This document shows positions 37,078-50,425 of a stretch of 64,000 nt of DNA, one piece after another; position 1 is the stretch's first letter; each line of letters starts with the position of its first letter. The notes under the pieces were generated by a model. That model saw nothing but the letters and a program-made list of their open reading frames with translations. It was not told the DNA's origin and did not search any database. Source of the DNA: Camelus ferus (taxonomy: Eukaryota); contig NC_045697.1 in assembly GCF_009834535.1 (NCBI RefSeq), forward strand, positions 21,578,001 through 21,642,000, given 5' to 3'. The translations under genes were made by a program, and so were the position numbers.

Positions 37078-37200
37078 AGTTATCTAATCCAGCACTCACA
37101 TTTCTACATGGAGAAAACTGAGACATGGAGAAGCTGAGTCATTTGCCCAAGACCACACTATTGATTGTTGCTAGTGGCAGAAATGGTATCAGACTCTCTA
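37078..37200 (-). mobile_element. MIR/MIR3 fragment
   Basis: gagaaaactgagacatggagaagctgagtcatttgcccaagaccacac. Confidence 0.7.
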
Positions 37201-37557
37201 GAACTTCCTAAGTGTGGTCATCACAAACATCCCCCCAGTTTTTCTTTGTCAGTTTTTTTCTGCTTGTGGCAAAATATATCTTCTTAAAAATACAGAGTGA
37301 GGCCAGAGAGATCATATAAGTTCCTCAGTCATTAATTTACGTACTTGAAAACTTTATGTCAATACATTTAAGAAACAAGTGAAGAAACCTGTCTTAGAGG
37401 ATAAAGGCAGCCATTAATTACAAGGTTTCTTTTAATGTCAGTGTGAAAACATCCATTTAAATCTCACTCTCTCTCTTTCATATATGTATGTACATATATG
37501 TACACTGGTGTACATACATAGTATATATGTATACACATATAGTAATATACGTAGTGC

Positions 37558-38250
37558 ACTATAATACAAAATATGGAAAATAACAAATGTTGGCAAGAAT
37601 GTAGAGAAACTGGAACCCTCATACGTTGCTGGTGGAAATGTTAAATGGTGCCTCCCCTATGGAAAGCAGATTGGCAGGTCTTCAGAATATTAACTCTAGC
37701 ATTATCATATGATCTGATAATTCCACTCCTAAGTATATACCCAAAATAATACAAAATATATACTCAGATACTTATACACCAATGTTCATTGCTCCTTTAT
37801 TCACAATATTCAAAGGTGTAAAAAACTCAAGTGGCCATTGACAGATGACTAGGTAAACAAAATCTGGTATATACATACAATGGAATATTATTTAGCCATA
37901 TAAAAGACTGTAATTCTGAAACATGTTGCAACATGGACTTTGAAAACATTATGCCTAAAGAAATGAGCCACACAAAATAGGACTAATATTATATGATTCC
38001 ACTTACATAAAAGATCTAGAATAGGTAAATTCATAGAAATGGAAAGTAGATTAGAAGTTTTTAGAGAGAGAGGGTATGTGGGAGTTATTGATTAATGAGC
38101 ACAGAGTTTTTGTTTGGGGTTATGAAGTTCTGGAAATAGATAGTGGAGATAGTTGCATAACATTTTAAATGTAAATAATGCCACTGAACTGTATGCTTAA
38201 AAGTAGTTAAAATGGGAAATACTGTTATGTGTATTTACCACAATAAAAAA
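37558..38250 (+). mobile_element. L1MB-type LINE 3' end
   Basis: aacaaatgttggcaagaatgtagagaaactggaaccctcatacgttgctggtgg...gttctggaaatagatagtgg...gccactgaactgta...tttaccacaataaaaaa. Confidence 0.88.
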
Positions 38251-38689
38251 GTAAGTAACTGTGACTTGCTTTTGAAAGTAGTATATAAGATCCTGAAATT
38301 TCTGAGACCACATGCTTGGTATTTAATGTAATAAAAACCTTCCATTATAATTAGATTTGACCCTTTAGTCATTTTGACCCTTTAGTAATTCAGTAAAATA
38401 TCACATCCTCAGTATATTTTTCTCCTTTATGATGACTATTTTTCTTTATTTTTTTCTCTTTTGTGAATAGGGTCTTAAGAATGCCTTATTGTAAGTACAT
38501 TATAATGTATCAGGTTTTAAATGTATATACATAAATTTTCTGTCCTAGAACTTCAAATTACAGGCATAAATTGCTGAATACACTTAATATGTGGAAATGT
38601 TTTATTTAGATATAAATGTTTTATTTAAATAGAAACCAAGAAGTAGAAAAGCCTAATTTATTTTACAAACTCTGGATATTAGATTTTTC

Positions 38690-39445
38690 CCCTTCTCCTC
38701 ACACAGTCTCTGACCAGTCTCTAATCCTATTGTAGATCTTATTTATCCTCTAGCTTTCCCACAACTCTATTCAGCCATCGCCACACATCAGACTTGAAGC
38801 TTTCTTGGGCAGCCTTACTGCAGAAGACTTGTCCAGGTCTCCTGCTCCAGAGCTTTCTCCCCTGTGCTCCACTTACAAGTCCATAACTTCTAGTTACACA
38901 CAGCAATTAGGCAATCCTTTCTTAAATAAAATTTTAGAGTGTCTCCAGTCTTCTGAAAACCTCTCAGGTTTTCCTGTTGCCTCTAGGATTAGATTTCAAC
39001 TACATAAATTGAAATACAAATCCTTTAGACTCTCAACTAACACTCCAGTCTCATTTCTCTTCCAGCTTCCCTTTAAGTGAGACACTCAGCTGTTTTCAGT
39101 ACTTGAATGATGTCAAGCTCATTCTCTTCAACAGTCATACTATTCGCTCTCATTAAATACCTTCTCCTAGGGCATTCTTCACATCTCAGGTTAAATAGCT
39201 CATCCTCTTAGGTAACTGTGATGCCTGATAGACAGCAGTGTGTGTTTCTGCTTTGTGTTCCCATTTATATTCCATTTTATTGCAATTACTAGTTTAATTG
39301 TTTTTCTGATCACTAGGTGGTAAAGTATGTTAGGCCAGATACATAGGCCTAAGTGTAGCCCATGTCTCTTGTTAACCTTTTATACCCATGGCATATAATT
39401 CAGTAATTGGGAAATACTGTGTTCAATGAATCTTCGTTTAATGAG
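38690..39445 (+). mobile_element. LINE L2 3' region
   Basis: ctcaggttttcctgttgcctctaggattagattt...atctcaggttaaatagctcatcctc...gttcaatgaatcttcgtttaatga. Confidence 0.6.
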
Positions 39446-39520
39446 AGATTGACAACAGGCAGGCTGGTTTCATACAAATTGGCTTGGTATATTTGACTGA
39501 ATGATATAAAATTTTAAAAT

Positions 39521-39869
39521 CCTTATAATCCAAAGTTTGTGTCCCCCCTCCCCCCAAAATTCATGCCTTGAATTTCTACTGCCAAGGTGATGGTATCAGG
39601 AGGTTGGGTCTTTGGTAGATACATAGGGCATGAGGGTAAAGCCCTTACGAATGAAATTAATGTCATTATAAAAGAGACCCTGCAGAGCTCTCTAGCTCCT
39701 TCCGCATGTGAAGACCCAAGGAGAGGGAGAAGTCTACAACCTGGAAGAGGGCCCTCACTTGACCCTGATCTTGAACTTCCAGCCTCCAGAATTGTGAGAA
39801 ATAGACATTCCTACTGTTTATAAGCCACCCAGGCTGTGATACTTCACTATAGCAGTCCAAACAAAGACA
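39521..39869 (+). mobile_element. MLT1A0-like MaLR solo LTR
   Basis: tttgtgtccccc...gtgatggtatcaggagg...ccctgatcttgaacttccagcctccagaattgtgagaaata...tatagcagtccaaacaaagaca. Confidence 0.88.
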
Positions 39870-39889
39870 ATTTTTAACAGTTTTTGGTT

Positions 39890-40225
39890 CACAATGAATC
39901 TATTTCCATGGTCTGGTACCTGCCTTCTCTTACCTCACTACAACTTCACTACATATCTGTATCCAGGCATACTACAATTATTTCAGGTCTTTCATGGGGC
40001 CACATTCACTCTTGACCCCAGGCTTTCCCACAGGCAACTTTTTATACATAGCATGTTCTTCAGTTTCTTTGCTCCTCCAATCTTTTAGCTCTAAAGCATC
40101 ATTATTTGTCAAGTTCTTAATACTGAACACACTTATAACCACTAGGACACCATATGTCTTCCCATTTATATTGCAGTGCTTACCTATTTTGCTTACCAAT
40201 ATATTTAGTGCCTTCTAACATAGTG
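39890..40225 (+). mobile_element. LINE L2 fragment
   Basis: tccatggtctggtacctgccttctc...ccccaggctttcccacagg. Confidence 0.5.
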
Positions 40226-40934
40226 GATGGTAGAGAGTAAGACCCCAATGATTATGTATTGATTGGAAGAGAATGAAAAGAATCCTTGAGATAACTATAT
40301 CCAAAATGTAGAGAGTGATGGACAGCATAGGATGTATATTTTACATGATGGAAAATAAAGACTGTACCACCATGTGGTATCAGTCTCCAATCCCTTCTCA
40401 CTAAAGACATAGTAATACTGTTTGATAAGTGCAGTTAAGGGCTGATTTCTATAATTGTTAGTTCCAGAGATTCTTTCTAACATTTCTATTTTCCTTTGTG
40501 CTATATTGACTGGTATGGTAGGGAACAATTTCTTCCTAATTTGTAGCTCTTGTTATCAATTATATATAATTCTATTTCTTTCCCTTGAGCCCTCAGAATA
40601 GTTGTATAATACTCAATTTCTTTTTAAACGGTATAGAATATATTTATATATGTTCAGGGGGTAATTAATTTCCTTCTCAGGATGCTCTAAAATTTTAATG
40701 TTGTTTTTGGTGGTATTATTATGGATTTTTTTTTTTTTTGTGGTAGGGGAAGACCCTGTTCTTCACACTGCCTGACTTACAAAATAATGGATTTGCCGTT
40801 TTTCCAGATTCATTATAATTCGTATTTACTGCCACTAATTTATTAAGTATTCATTTAATTCATAATGTATTGAATTGACTAACTTTTAAAACCGTTCATT
40901 TACTAATTATAAATTTACTAACAGTTTCAAACCA

Positions 40935-41145
40935 ACATAGCAATAACTATTATTTGTTTAGCCTTTTATGTGGAAGCAACATGCTAACTGCTTTACAGCA
41001 TTATCTTGTTTGTCATCAAATCCAAGTGTCAGATACTATTAATTGTGATATATTACTGATGAGGAACTCCCAATGACGTGATGCAGTGGAAACAAGACTA
41101 AAATCTGGATATGCTCATCCTTTTAATCATTGTACTATGTTGTCT
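40935..41145 (-). mobile_element. MIR SINE
   Basis: atgctaactgctttacagcattatc...tactgatgaggaact. Confidence 0.55.
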
Positions 41146-43217
41146 CAAAATAAAAGGAAAAATTAATGAAAAAATGTTAATTGTTAAAATAAGATAGATT
41201 TGCAAATGTAGTCCTTTCTAAAGTATACAGAACACGTGCTGTGGGCAAGAAAAATCAGGGTCATGCAGATAGAATAAGAGGGCCCCAATGACTAGAAACT
41301 CTAGATATGCACTGAAAGGAATTTATTCTCAAAAAATCTTCCTGTTCCTTATATACTGTCAACCTTATGGTGGTTTTTGAATATACATTTTAATAATTGC
41401 AAGTAACATATAATTCACTAGGCTTTGAAGCATACAAAGCATATAGTTGGTTTACATTTGCTAAGTATTTTTTTTTTACAGATTGATTTACAAAAAGAGA
41501 ACTAAATATATTAAGTTCTAAATAAAGTATGACCCTATTTGGATATTCCTTAACTTTTCAATATAATGAATTTCAAAGATCCTTTACTCCTCTTGAATTA
41601 ACTTACTACATTAAAATCTACTGTTTGTGCTGAAATATTTAGCTTTTCAAATCTCCATCTGTATCTAAGATTCTTAACAATGATGCTTTTGGTAAGAGTA
41701 ATTATGCATAGTCAAGACAGGAGACCCAAAATCATAAACCAAAGCACACATCCATGCGATATGGATTTATTTTTTAATGTTCTAGACAGGTTGAGGGCAA
41801 GTAACACCAAATGGGCTTTGGCTTGGAACACAGATTCTGAATTGAGATGAGTGAAATGATGGCTGGGTTTTAAAACAGAACTTATTAGCTAATGCATACT
41901 AATCCACCTAGAATGCTGCCCCATTTCTGATAATGGCTCTGGAAAAATTGCTAGAAGTGTCTTTAATGTTTATGAAAAACATTTCCTTGTTACTGTCATA
42001 AAAATCAATATCTTCATTGATAATATTTCTAATGATGTCAAACAATAAATACAAAGATATTGAAAGATTAAAATGATAAACGTTAAGACTTTAGAACTTC
42101 CTTTAAAATAACATTTGGTCTCAACTATCAACTTTTGTACTTCAGTAGCTTAAAATATATACTCAAACAGGAAAACCTACACTGGATTTAGCATAGAACA
42201 TAAAGGATATAGGAAAACTCAACTGGGATATTTGACACAGCATTATGGAAATGCTAGAATTCTTTACTTCATTGTCTCCTTAGATTTTTATTATTTTCCT
42301 TTTGTATTCATTTGCTTTTGATGTACTTGGTATTTTTTTTTACTGTTCTGACTAGCTTAAGTGACCTTGTCAACAGTTCAGTTGTTGAATAAGGCAAAGT
42401 GTTAGTTATAGTGTGAAAATCTGGTGTGCTGTCAGAGAAGGGCAAGCCATTAACTTTCAGATTTCAACTTCCCGTGTTCCATTGCTCAATGATGGCTGAA
42501 AAGCCTCTCATGTGAATTACTACTAAGGGTAACATGGCATATGCACTTACGAAGCTTTGTAATTATGCATGATACAAACCTTCATCATGCAAAATCACGC
42601 TTTCTGTTTGCAGTGGTGTTTTTTTTCTTTTAAAAAATATCAAACGCCCTGTTAATTATAAAGTATATGTTATTTTCAGAGATATAATGCAGGACAGGAA
42701 TGCATCCTATAAGAAATGACCTAAAAATCCCAAGTCAAAGAAGGCTATTTTCAAATTTTTGAAGTCGGGAACAATCAGAGTAAATTGTGTTACTGATACA
42801 ATCCATCTATGTCAAAACCTTTGTATAAACAAAATACTGGCGTGTATGGAGGTTCACAACCTTGCTTCAGAGTAGAGTGGCTGAAAACAGCACTGCAGTA
42901 GTCATGCAAAATATTACGTAAAGACAGAGTGATTATGTGTTATTGTTCTGTCTGTCGAACCAAAGCATTCTCATTAGATTCCGTGGTTATAGGGAAAGTA
43001 TTCTAAGCACTCTTAGAAACTTTGCAACATCTGTGGAATGTGTAATTTCTGTCATTTTAGTACACTTAGGTATCAAATGTTATGTAGTTTTCAGGATTAT
43101 TTTGAGATCCTATTTACATAATATGAGAAGGTATGGAAAAAAGATTGTTTCCAAAGAGTTTTGAGTAGAGAAACATAACAATATATAAGTTTTGAATTTA
43201 GTATTAGTGGCCTAATG

Positions 43218-43431
43218 CTGTGTTTCTCAACCTTGGGACTGTTGACATTTTGTGCAGCAAAATTCTTTTTTGTGGGGGCTGTTCTGTGCATTGTAATATT
43301 TAGTAACATCCCAGAAATTCATTTACTAGGACCAGTAGTACTGTTCCCTTACAGTTGTGGCAATGATAAATGTCTCTAGACACTGCCAAATGTCCCACTG
43401 GGATCAAAACGATGTCAGATGAGAACCACTG
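43218..43431 (-). mobile_element. MER20 hAT-Charlie DNA transposon
   Basis: tttctcaaccttgggactgttgacatttt...ctgccaaatgtccc...tgagaaccactg; degenerate 8-bp TSD gcctaatg / gactaaag. Confidence 0.9.
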
Positions 43432-45349
43432 GACTAAAGCAATGTGGGATAATTTTGTCTGTAAAGCTGAAAAAGATGTAAAGGAATCTCGATTCTCGTT
43501 AACATATGTTCAAATACGATCTCTTTGTCTCTCTCTCTCTTCTGTCTCTCTTTTTGTTGCTTCACCTGGAAGAGAATAACACTGAACTAGAGAATAGTAC
43601 TGAACATCAACCTGTGTTCTTCATATGTTTAAGTTTCCCACAAATATGATTCAAATTTTTAATATTCTTTAAGTAATACTAAAAGTGTAAAAGCAAAAAG
43701 TTTAGAAGAGTTTCTGCTCAACTCTGATATGTGCCAAATACTGACATTTTGTAAACACTCACTTATGCCATCATTTTTGTGCTGACTACAGAAATTAGGC
43801 TTCTTCTCCTGATATCTCTGTGCATGTGATACAACTTCTTATAAACATGTAACTGAAAAGAAAGGGTAACATTCTATATTTGGCTTTTTTATAAAGACAG
43901 GTGCATGTAGGCCCAATTATATAAACTTGCACTGATCAGCTCAGTACGAAGCACATGAGAGCCGGCTAAACTCAATGGCAGTTAATTCTCAGGGATCTAT
44001 GCTCTTTGCCACCTAATTGTTAGCTGAAATTAAGAATTTTCTTTACTCTTTTTCTATTGATAATATTAAAATATAATTGGTGTGCTTATTTGTCAGCTTT
44101 GAGAATTTTCTGTTATGATTGACCAGGCATGAGAGAAGTTATTGAATCTTGAAATCGAATATAAAAATCTCCTACTTCCATTTCAAACTTCTCTATTTGT
44201 TTAAGTCTACAGTGCCTCGAGGGTGCCAAAGGTCCTATGAGAATGATTTCCATTTGCTTTCATTTATCTATGTGGATTCCTATTTTTCAATATTGTGTAA
44301 CTGGAAAAATAAGAAATAAACTGGATGCTGAAACTGATAGAAAGCTACAATTGTCTGCCATAACAACCACGGTTAACATGTATTCACCAAAACGAGCTCA
44401 CTGTTTTCATGGATTGATTTCATATGCATATAGTTTAAACTTGAACTTATAAAGTAAACTGATTCTAATGAAGCACCCACTTATCTGTTTTTTGATATTA
44501 GAGGACTACTTAAGTTTAATGTGAAAAGTAGTTCCACTTTTAAAAATATTTGAAATTCACATCTTTAGACTGCAAAAGTTCTAAGTTTCTATTATTTCTG
44601 TGCCAGGAGTTTATAAACTCTGAAAGGCATTTGAAGAACAAAAATGGTTTTCTAAGATGTTGGTTCTTATATAACTATTTTATTAAAATAACTACCAAGC
44701 CATTCATCTGAAATTTTGTGTTGTTGTTTTAAAAAAAAATGGTAAGGAGTACAGATATCGCATTTTTATTCAATCCAGGGTAATGGGTTTTGGGGCATGA
44801 CTGATACCAGATGGACCAGTGACTTAGGTTATCGTCTCCTTTGCCACAACCTGTAAATACTGACTGTGTGTTCAGAACTTAACTCCCAATTGTAAATAGT
44901 TGCCAAAATAAACCATTGTCACATGTTATATTTATATAAAGCTCTAGCCTAAAGCCAAGGATGGTGAGAATTATTTTTCTGCAGGTGTCTTAGCAAGTAC
45001 AGATGGTGAAATCTACAACTTGCTCCTTACCACTTTCTTTCAAGGGAAACACACCCTAGTGGAGTTTTCACTTTAAGATGTCCTTTAGGAATTGAATAAG
45101 TTGAAACCGCCTGAGGGAATGGATTATTGAATGTTTTCTTCACAAGATATTAAAAACAAAAAGAGAGAGTCCTTTCAAGACACTGCAGTAAACAGTTTTG
45201 GTCTCTTAATGGAACACCTATTTGCAGCTGTTATCCCCTGCTTTCCTGCAAAAGACACAGGAAAATAAAGAATAGAAGCAGTACAAAAATAGACATATGT
45301 GTATGACAAGAGGAAATCACTGTGAGCTGCCTGGAAAATAATGTAGGTC

Positions 45350-45625
45350 CCATTGTGTGCAATGGTTTAGTGTCTAGGCTTTAGAATTAGACAGATCTGA
45401 TTTTGAATTCTAGATTTGTTTCTGCTAACCAAGAATAGTGTTATCTGCTTTCTCTGCTGAGTTGTTAATATATGATTGCTAAATTTTTTGAATTTTCTCA
45501 TTTACCCATACATTCACCAATACCATCGGTGTTATTACTGCCATTTTACAGATGGTGAATCTGAACGAGCCTCAGAGAGGCTGCCTAACATCACAAAACT
45601 AGTTAATGGAAAATCTCGGTTAAAG
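45350..45625. mobile_element. Two MIR fragments in opposite orientation
   Basis: aggctttagaattagacagatctgattttgaattc (plus) and ccattttacagatggtgaatctga...cacaaaactagttaatgg (minus). Confidence 0.6.
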
Positions 45626-46329
45626 ATTAGCTTTGTTACTTTCCCTTTCCCAAGACTTAAGCAAAGAAAGATCAAAATAATTGGAAGAACAAAGCACAAA
45701 AAGTTTTATGGTGCAAGCCCCCATTCTGGGGGCATATCCAGCTGTCTGGTACCCTCCCTCCCCACTTCACCTCAACATTTTAAGGCTTGATCTTTTACCT
45801 GTTTAATGTACCTCTACTCAAATAATCCCTTTCTAGCATTGCTTTCACTAATTAATTTATTTTAAAAGGCACCACCATCATTAAAGCTTTCCAAATGCTC
45901 CATTTCCAAAACCTTAATCAGTTTTAGTGTTTTTTTCCCACAGGAATTTTCACTCCACAGGGAAAAAAACATTTTGTGCCATTTTACTAACACCTAGAAC
46001 AGTTCCTTCCCTGTTGTTGGTGTGCAATCAATATTTGCAGAATCAATTCTGAGTTCTAAGAATAGTGTGTTCTCGCTATCTCAGAGATCATGCTCATATA
46101 AACCATTCAGAATCAACACAGCTAATCGGAGTGCTTTCATTCTACTTAAAAAGAGAATGGGAAGAGTCACGTGGAAGCTGTTTAGTGGGTACAGTATCCC
46201 TGGAAAGAAAGAGGTAAGCTGGGGACTGCTTTACTCCCTTAAAGCCAACAGAGTAAAACCTTTAAGAGAATCACTTGTAAAGATTAGTTGTACTTGTAAG
46301 AATTAAAGACCAAAGACTGGTATTTGGCT

Positions 46330-47060
46330 CCTATGTTGTTTATCTATTTAGCCAACAGCCCTTCTGATGTGTCCCTGTAAAATCTATGGAACCCGAGACA
46401 AGTGGGGAGACATGCTGGGGCTGACAGGGTGGCAGAGCTGAGCCGCCATGAGGAAGATGATTGGCCACCAACACTGGCTGGGAAATTGTGGGCAGGCGAG
46501 GGAATTCAGTGTAGTAGTGCTGAGTTCCAAAATGCAGGGAAACTTACAATGGGAGGGGGCCTACAGAGCCTCTCTGAACCACCCATGCACGTACCATCAA
46601 AGAGCTGGCATTTGGGCATTTCTGCCAGGAAGGAAACTGAGTACCAGGGATGATCAAACAGGGGAGAGCTGTCACTTGAACTTGTTTAGTAAAGAAACGT
46701 TTGCATTTTACATCATTCCTTCACCACGTCACAATCAATGGAGGAGCCAGAGATTAGAAGAGGGAGTAAAGTCTGTTTTACAGCCCAAGGATCCCTTCTT
46801 TCCTCCATTCCAAACAGCAAGGACTTCCACTTTCGGCGTTAGTTGGGGGAGAGAAGGAAATAAAACTTTAGAGATTGAGACTGAAATTAAAAACAAAACA
46901 CATTTAAATAAGAGGGGTGGGTCTTAATCATCATACTGAGATTTGCGAATTCAATTCAGATGTCATTATAAAGCCACCAATTGTTGCTTTACTAAGGATA
47001 GTTGTGATAATGATGGCTATTAGAAGAAATAGACCCTCAATATTTAAAAACTACTGAGTT
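46330..47060 (+). mobile_element. Old LTR element (LTR78-like, tentative)
   Basis: GC-rich LTR-like segment ending gggggagagaagg...gagattgagactgaa; accounts for ORFs 46402..46653 and 46448..46927. Confidence 0.4.
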
Positions 47061-47253
47061 TAATATTATAGCTACAATGAGATCAACATATTAGTTAGAC
47101 ACCATCTCTCTCAGTAATAAAACAGCTCCTTGCATCTTTGGCAGATATTTTGTTTTGCTTTGTTTTGTTTGTCTTTCAAAGGAGATCTAAAATCACAGCC
47201 TGAAACATTGGTTAGAGCTCCAGTCTATTTTATCTCCTTAAAAAGAGAGTAGC

Positions 47254-47335
47254 ATGATCAACACTAGAAATAACTAAGAATTTGTTTTCAATAAACCAGG
47301 CTATCACTGTAAAAAAAAAAAAAAAAAAAAAAAAA
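47254..47335 (+). pseudogene. Very short retrocopy or orphan transduction: 57 nt with AATAAA plus poly(A)25
   Basis: AATAAA at 47290-47295, A25 at 47311-47335, TSD aaaaagagagtagc (47240-47253) repeated with AG expansion (47331-47354), TT|AAAA endonuclease site. Confidence 0.8.
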
Positions 47336-49910
47336 GAGAGAGAGAGAGAGTAGCCATTTTAATGTTGATGGATAAAAGAAGTTATTTCTTTGTTAGTATG
47401 CCTTAGAGGATATAACAAATCAAAAAAAAATCGAATAAAAAATTCAAATACAAGTTGATTCTTCCATGAGCCATGTTGCATTTTAAGATCTGTTATAACT
47501 ATATTGATGATTTGTATAGACGTAGAAAGACAATTTTATGGGGTATCTCAGTAAATTTTTCTTGAATGAAAGACAGTTCTCCATACCTTTGCATTCTTAA
47601 TAAAGCAAGAACTGCTTTAATTGAAGAAAAACAAAAACAAAAAAAGCATTGATTTTAGGCTTTATGTTGTCCTATGATTAACATTACTCCCTGTGGTCTC
47701 TTTGTCTGCCACTGAGGTCGCTTAAGCCATCAGAATTAGCCCAGAACACCTGGACAGCATGAGGAATGGCCATCCCATCACATTTAAAATGTTTTTTAAA
47801 ATACAGCAATCATTTAAATGGACACTTTACTCAAAGAATAATTTTAATGCATTAAAAAATAAAATGGGTAGGGAGGAGGAAGTACTGAGTAGTGGTAAGT
47901 GGAATGAACTTTTTCTCTTGCATTTATGTGTAACTATCTGACATTTCAGTTTTGAAGTTTCAAAGTGCATGCCTTCTTTCTAACCAAATACTGTTTCTGT
48001 TCGAAACAGTAGTGATAATTTCAAAGTTATAAAGTTACTCTTTCATGATGGACATCTTATAATCAATGTGTAGTTAATAATAGTATTTTATACTTGGCAA
48101 TATTTATCATAAATCATCAAAGTGGTTTAAAGACTTTTATGTATAACATTGAGGGGCAATGGTTGGCATTATAATTCTTTTTTCTTTAACCTTTGGGGAA
48201 AAAATTGAAGTTGAAAGATGTTAAATCTTTTTTAGCTTCACAGAAGAAAGGTGGCACGTAAATACAAATTATCAGTGAGTGATTTATTTTTAATTCACAA
48301 AATGAATCAGTAGGGAACAGCTGTTAATAGAAATAAAATATCTGACTCAACTCTCCTTACTTTTACGAAATGAGTTGCTCATAGTTATTTCTTTGGTGGC
48401 AGGGGTGGTGACAGTGGGAGGGTTGTTCCAATTTGGCAAAGTCAACACTCATAAAAGAAAACATCAACTTCTTTCTCTTCATTTCAATGAGACATCAGTT
48501 TCTCAAAGAAACTCAGAGTATTTAGAAAATTTAAATTAGGTTAAATGTTACAGATTTAGTTTCTTTATTCATAATACTAATTTTATAATAGTAAATTTGC
48601 ATGTTTTAATAAACACATTGCTAAGTTCTAAATTTAATTAGTATTGAGTATAATTAGAATGGGCCTTTTAAAATATATTTATAGGCCATTTTATCCCAAC
48701 TATCTCCCATCTTGCTAGAAATCATACATTTTGAACCCTTCATTAAGCTTTTGAAGTTTTATTTATTTTTGTAGATTTTCACATTTCAGTAGAATTATAC
48801 CAAGAATATATTTGATAATAAAAGCTAGAGTTAATTCTCAAATTAGGTGAATTATTGTCATTTAAAGTTGACAAAGGGAAAGAGACTTGTGGGGACATCA
48901 GTGAAACTTGAAATGGTGGAAGGGTTCTGAAAGAGAAAAAAGTACATTTCTATGACAAATTTGCCTAAACTCAATTGTAGACTCTAAAGGACATCAGATG
49001 ATCTTTCTTATTCCCTACTCTATTTGTAGCAATTAGTAAAATATCTGTCACCAAATAAATACTTGTTGTGTAAACTACAAATGAATTCATACATACACTT
49101 TGCAATCAGGTCAGTCTCAGTATATGATTTCTTCCTCTAAGTTGTTTATTAAGTCCACAGTGGAATTAAATTTAGTTTAGCATCTAGCTTAATAACTATG
49201 TTGAAGTAATCTAATAATGCTAGAACTCAGTTTCTTTATGTCTAACTCTTAATATTCAGAATCTTTGATTCACAAAGAAGATATTAGCACTCCTGTTTGT
49301 TTGTAAAGCACATAGAGTTCAAAAATACATGAAACTTATAGGCATTGTAATGTATTCATAGCAGGTTTACTCTTTGGTTAATCTATTTAGAACTCTAGAA
49401 TACAGGAGAATAGACAATGCTATTTCCATTTTTAAAAAATTAGATACAGTGAAATTGAAAAACATGTTGATTCAGAAAACTTTTCATTTCTTATTTTTAC
49501 TTTACATTTTGAGATTGAAATTTGTAGTAATACATTTCACAAATTTCCATTTAGTGACAAGGAATTTAAAATTAGTGCAAGGAGCAGATAAAATTACCAA
49601 ATCTAGAAAACATTATAGGGAATGGATACCCCAAACAGAAAACAGTTCAAGGAATAGAGGCAATTAACATTTACTGCATGAGTATAGTATTTAAGAAGTC
49701 TTCACTAACAGGAATAATTAGGTATGTGATGGATCCAACATACTTCCATGAATCAAAATAAGCATCAGAGATTCTACTGTTACAAATAGAATAAATTCCA
49801 AAAATAATATTCAATCTTATTTATCCAGAGTTTCTGAAAATTAGTTATTCCATACAATGAATATTCAGTATAACTGAAGAAATTCATTTAAAGGACTAAG
49901 GAAACTGTTT

Positions 49911-50425
49911 TGTAGTAGGTAGAATAATGTTCCCACCCAACCTCATTGGCTCCAAAGTAGAGATCCTAATCCATGGACCTGTGAATCTGTTACCGTACAT
50001 AACAGAAGGGACTTTCAAGATGCTACTAAACTTAAGGACATTGAGAAGAGAAAAATTATAATGGATTATCTGGGAGGGACCAACCTACTCACATGAGTCC
50101 TTAAGAGAGAACTCATTTCTGGATGTAGTCAAAGGAAAAGATGTGACTATACAAAAAAGGTTAGGGGCTTACAGTGTTGCTGGTTTGAAGATGCACGATG
50201 AGCTCCATGAGTCAAGGAATGCAGGCTGGCTCTAGAAAAAGGAAAAGACGAGAAAACAAACTGTCCCCTAGGGCCTACACAAAGGAACACAGAACATATT
50301 GATCTTAGCCTGAAAAGATCTGTATCAGATCTCTGACCTACCAAATGGAAAAGTAATAAATTTGTGTTTTTCTAAGCCACTAAGTTTGTGGTACTTTGTT
50401 ACAGCTGCAACAGAAATCTAACACA
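49911..50425 (+). mobile_element. MLT1D MaLR solo LTR
   Basis: tgtagtaggtagaataatg...cctgtgaatctgttacc...aaggaatgcagg...taataaatttgtgtt...aagccactaagtttgtggtactttgttacagc...taacaca. Confidence 0.88.

Noticed and set aside
37478..37560. Hairpin-like symmetry in a TA/CA-rich tract
   Set aside because: Self-complementarity is expected in alternating purine-pyrimidine low-complexity sequence
38356..38386. Small tandem duplications (also ~2201, ~38596, ~55741, ~57651)
   Set aside because: Ordinary replication-slippage duplications that are common in AT-rich mammalian DNA
46448..46927. 159-aa ORF
   Set aside because: Within a GC-rich LTR-like remnant; no recognisable protein family
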